Source: Lacunisphaera sp.
Lineage (GTDB): Bacteria; Verrucomicrobiota; Verrucomicrobiia; Opitutales; Opitutaceae
Direction of reading: 5' to 3'
DNA length: 40,334 bases
Assembly (NCBI GenBank): GCA_035260745.1
Contig: DATFUQ010000054.1
Location: 1 to 40,334, forward strand
Positions 38,551-40,334 of the stretch are shown in pieces. Numbering within the stretch: the first letter of the stretch is position 1; every line of letters starts with the position of its first letter. The notes under the pieces were generated by a model. The model made no database searches, was not told where the DNA came from, and worked only from the letters and a program-made list of their open reading frames with translations. Both the position numbers and the translations under genes were made by a program.

Positions 38551-38632
38551 GCCGGCCTGGGGCGGTGGTGATTCAAGTTCTCCTTCGCCCCGGCTACGGA
38601 GGATATTTCTCAATCCGCTCCGAATTAAGAAA

Positions 38633-38707
38633 TGGTGCGAGTGCCGGGAGTCGAACCCGGATCATCAGCTTCGGAGGCGGATACACTATCCATTGTGCTA
38701 CACTCGC
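38633..38707 (-). tRNA. tRNA-Arg(CCG)
   Basis: GCGAGTG acceptor stem pairs with CACTCGC-ACCA; D-arm GCAC/GTGT; anticodon loop CTCCGAA; T-arm CCGGG-TTCGACT-CCCGG; 75 nt with encoded CCA. Confidence 0.96.
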
Positions 38708-38784
38708 AAGGAACCGAGCGGGTAGCTTTCGCGGGCGGCGCGGCTTTTCAAGCTGTTTGTGCATGACCCAACCAAGGCATTCTA

Positions 38785-38874
38785 AACGCAGAGCGCACAG
38801 AGATCTCAGAGAAGCCGGAAAATCATCAGGCAGGTGCAGTTTCCCAACCCCGCGTCCTCTGCGATCTCTGCGTT
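38785..38874. repeat. Tandem-inverted repeat, 9-bp period (CGCAGAGNN arms)
   Basis: aacgcagagcgcacagagatctcagag ... cccgcgtcctctgcgatctctgcgtt. Confidence 0.85.
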
Positions 38875-38881
38875 AAAAATC

Positions 38882-40111
38882 CTAATGCGCGGCTTTCACC
38901 GCGGCGGTGAGGGGCTGGCCGATGTCCTTCAGCAGCTTCTTGAACCAGGCCTGCCGGACATTGAAGGCCTTGCCACCCTTGATCCGATCAAACTCGATGG
39001 CGCGGAGCTCGCCGCCGCGCTCCTCGTCGTGGCCGATGAGACCGGTCACGCCCTGCCGGGCGCACTCCACGGCCTTGAGCACGCAGGTGTCAATCAGCTG
39101 GAAATCCTTCTTGTTGGCCGGGGCGGAGCGGGCGAAGTAGCCGCTCTTCTGCACCAGCACCTTCTCGGCCCCGAGCATGGACGCGAAACGCTCGGCGAAC
39201 CACTTGCCGGGGTTGATGGTGTCGAGCCGGACGTGGCCGAAGGCGTCGCGGTCGACCTGCGCGCCACGGGCGGTCATCTCGCTGATGATGCTGTCGAGGC
39301 CCGCGCCCTCGCTGATGAAGAGGTTCACGTTGCCCTGCGCGTCCATGATGGCGCGCAGGCGCTTGGCCTCGGCCTCGATGTCGAGCGCCAGCTCCGGCAG
39401 GTAGATGGCGTGGACGGCGTAGCGTTCGCGCACCAGGCCGATGCCGGGCACGTAGGTGTTCTTCGCGACGATCTTCTGATAATCGCGGGCCGTGGCGGCG
39501 GTGAGCCAGCCGCAGCTTCGGCCCATGACTTCATGGACGATGAGCATGCGCGCACTGGCGCCGAGCTCGGTGACCACGTTGGCGAAAAACTTTGCGCCCT
39601 GCTCGGCGGCGGTCACGGCGCCGAGGCTTTGCTTGATCGGGATGATGTCGTTGTCGATGGTCTTGGGCAGGCCGATGACATTGAGCGCGTAATTGTGCTG
39701 CTTGAGGTAGGCGGCGAGATCGGCGGCCGTGGTGTTGGTGTCGTCGCCGCCGACGGTGTGGAGGATGTCGACGCCGTCGCGCTGGAGCTGCTCCGCGGCC
39801 ACGGCGAGGGGATTCTGACCCTCTTTGACGAGGCCGCGTTTCACGCAGTCCTTGGCGTTGGTGAGCTTGACGCGGCTGTTGCCGATGACGCTGCCGCCGT
39901 AGCGCCGCAGGACGCCGGCCGCCGCGCGGACCTCGGGCGTGACGACGAGGTGGTCGCCGAGGAGCAGGCCCTTGTAGCCGGAGCGGTAGCAGATGATGTC
40001 CCAGTCGGGACACTGCGCCGTGTAATGGAGGATGAGCTGGCCGACGGCGGCGCTGAGGCAGGGCGCGAGCCCGCCGGCGGTGAGGATGGCGACTTTCTTC
40101 TTGGAACTCAT
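38882..40111 (-). CDS. pfp: Pyrophosphate--fructose-6-phosphate 1-phosphotransferase (PPi-dependent PFK)
   Basis: TAGGLAPCL, GGDDTNT (PPi-type Asp), PKTIDND, EVMGRSCGWL, QKSGYFARSA. Confidence 0.93.
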   Translation of the reverse strand: MSSKKKVAILTAGGLAPCLSAAVGQLILHYTAQCPDWDIICYRSGYKGLLLGDHLVVTPEVRAAAGVLRRYGGSVIGNSRVKLTNAKDCVKRGLVKEGQNPLAVAAEQLQRDGVDILHTVGGDDTNTTAADLAAYLKQHNYALNVIGLPKTIDNDIIPIKQSLGAVTAAEQGAKFFANVVTELGASARMLIVHEVMGRSCGWLTAATARDYQKIVAKNTYVPGIGLVRERYAVHAIYLPELALDIEAEAKRLRAIMDAQGNVNLFISEGAGLDSIISEMTARGAQVDRDAFGHVRLDTINPGKWFAERFASMLGAEKVLVQKSGYFARSAPANKKDFQLIDTCVLKAVECARQGVTGLIGHDEERGGELRAIEFDRIKGGKAFNVRQAWFKKLLKDIGQPLTAAVKAAH

Positions 40112-40178
40112 GGTGCGGCGCGGAGATGCAAACACCACCACCTTCCCGAATCAACCCTGAGCCGCGCGCCGATGCGGA

Positions 40179-40334
40179 TTATTTTTTCGCCGCCTGCATG
40201 TGGCGGTGGACGAAGAACCAGTAGACGGCGCCCAGCACGGCAAGGATACCGGCCGCCCAGAGCGTGATGGAGTGGAGCTCGCCGTTTATCAGCGCCTCGT
40301 CCTGGCCGGCCTTGATGCCGAGCCAGCAGAGCAC
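40179..40334 (-). CDS. 3' end of a membrane protein, possibly DedA family (truncated by window edge)
   Basis: Own translation: VLCWLGIKAGQDEALINGELHSITLWAAGILAVLGAVYWFFVHRHMQAAKK-stop. Confidence 0.5.
   Translation of the reverse strand: MLCWLGIKAGQDEALINGELHSITLWAAGILAVLGAVYWFFVHRHMQAAKK

Noticed and set aside
38581-38603. Small hairpin TCCTTCG..CGGAGGA between the PilX-like gene and the tRNA
   Set aside because: Single short copy in the window; cannot distinguish a terminator from another repeat family.
38668-38684. C-U mismatch in the tRNA-Arg anticodon stem suggesting a pseudo-tRNA
   Set aside because: All other arms, the T-loop and the CCA end are intact; a single stem mismatch is tolerated in functional tRNAs.
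32270-38707. Pilin/ATPase module as a genomic island integrated at tRNA-Arg
   Set aside because: No integrase and no duplicate of the tRNA 3' end found by eye on the far side; codon style is mostly host-like.

Overview
High-GC bacterial chromosomal segment. It is most likely Verrucomicrobiota (Opitutaceae-like); this is inferred from the tandem-fused UvrA, the pilin cluster style and protein character, not from a search. It is mostly housekeeping: mnmA, a GH13 debranching enzyme, gap-pgk-tpiA, ispA, murJ, rpmB, S41 protease, tsaD, a double-length uvrA, lpdA, tRNA-Arg(CCG) and a PPi-dependent PFK. It also carries an accessory response regulator/GspE-PilB/pilin module and an orphan Imm27 immunity gene. 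The most striking signal is a dense population of small repeats of two classes: (i) GTAG/GTGG-type REP-like palindromes and doublets of several families, and (ii) tandem repeats with 7-, 8- and 9-bp periods, often arranged as inverted arm pairs. Both classes fill many intergenic gaps and have also entered core genes in frame. uvrA carries about eight such inserts, and mnmA, ispA and a prepilin leader carry one each, mostly with a recognisable sibling elsewhere in the window. No mobilising enzyme (RAYT transposase, integrase) is visible here. A second candidate novelty is a CheY-like receiver, a 65-aa protein with a FliM-like motif and a GspE/PilB ATPase, all translationally coupled.
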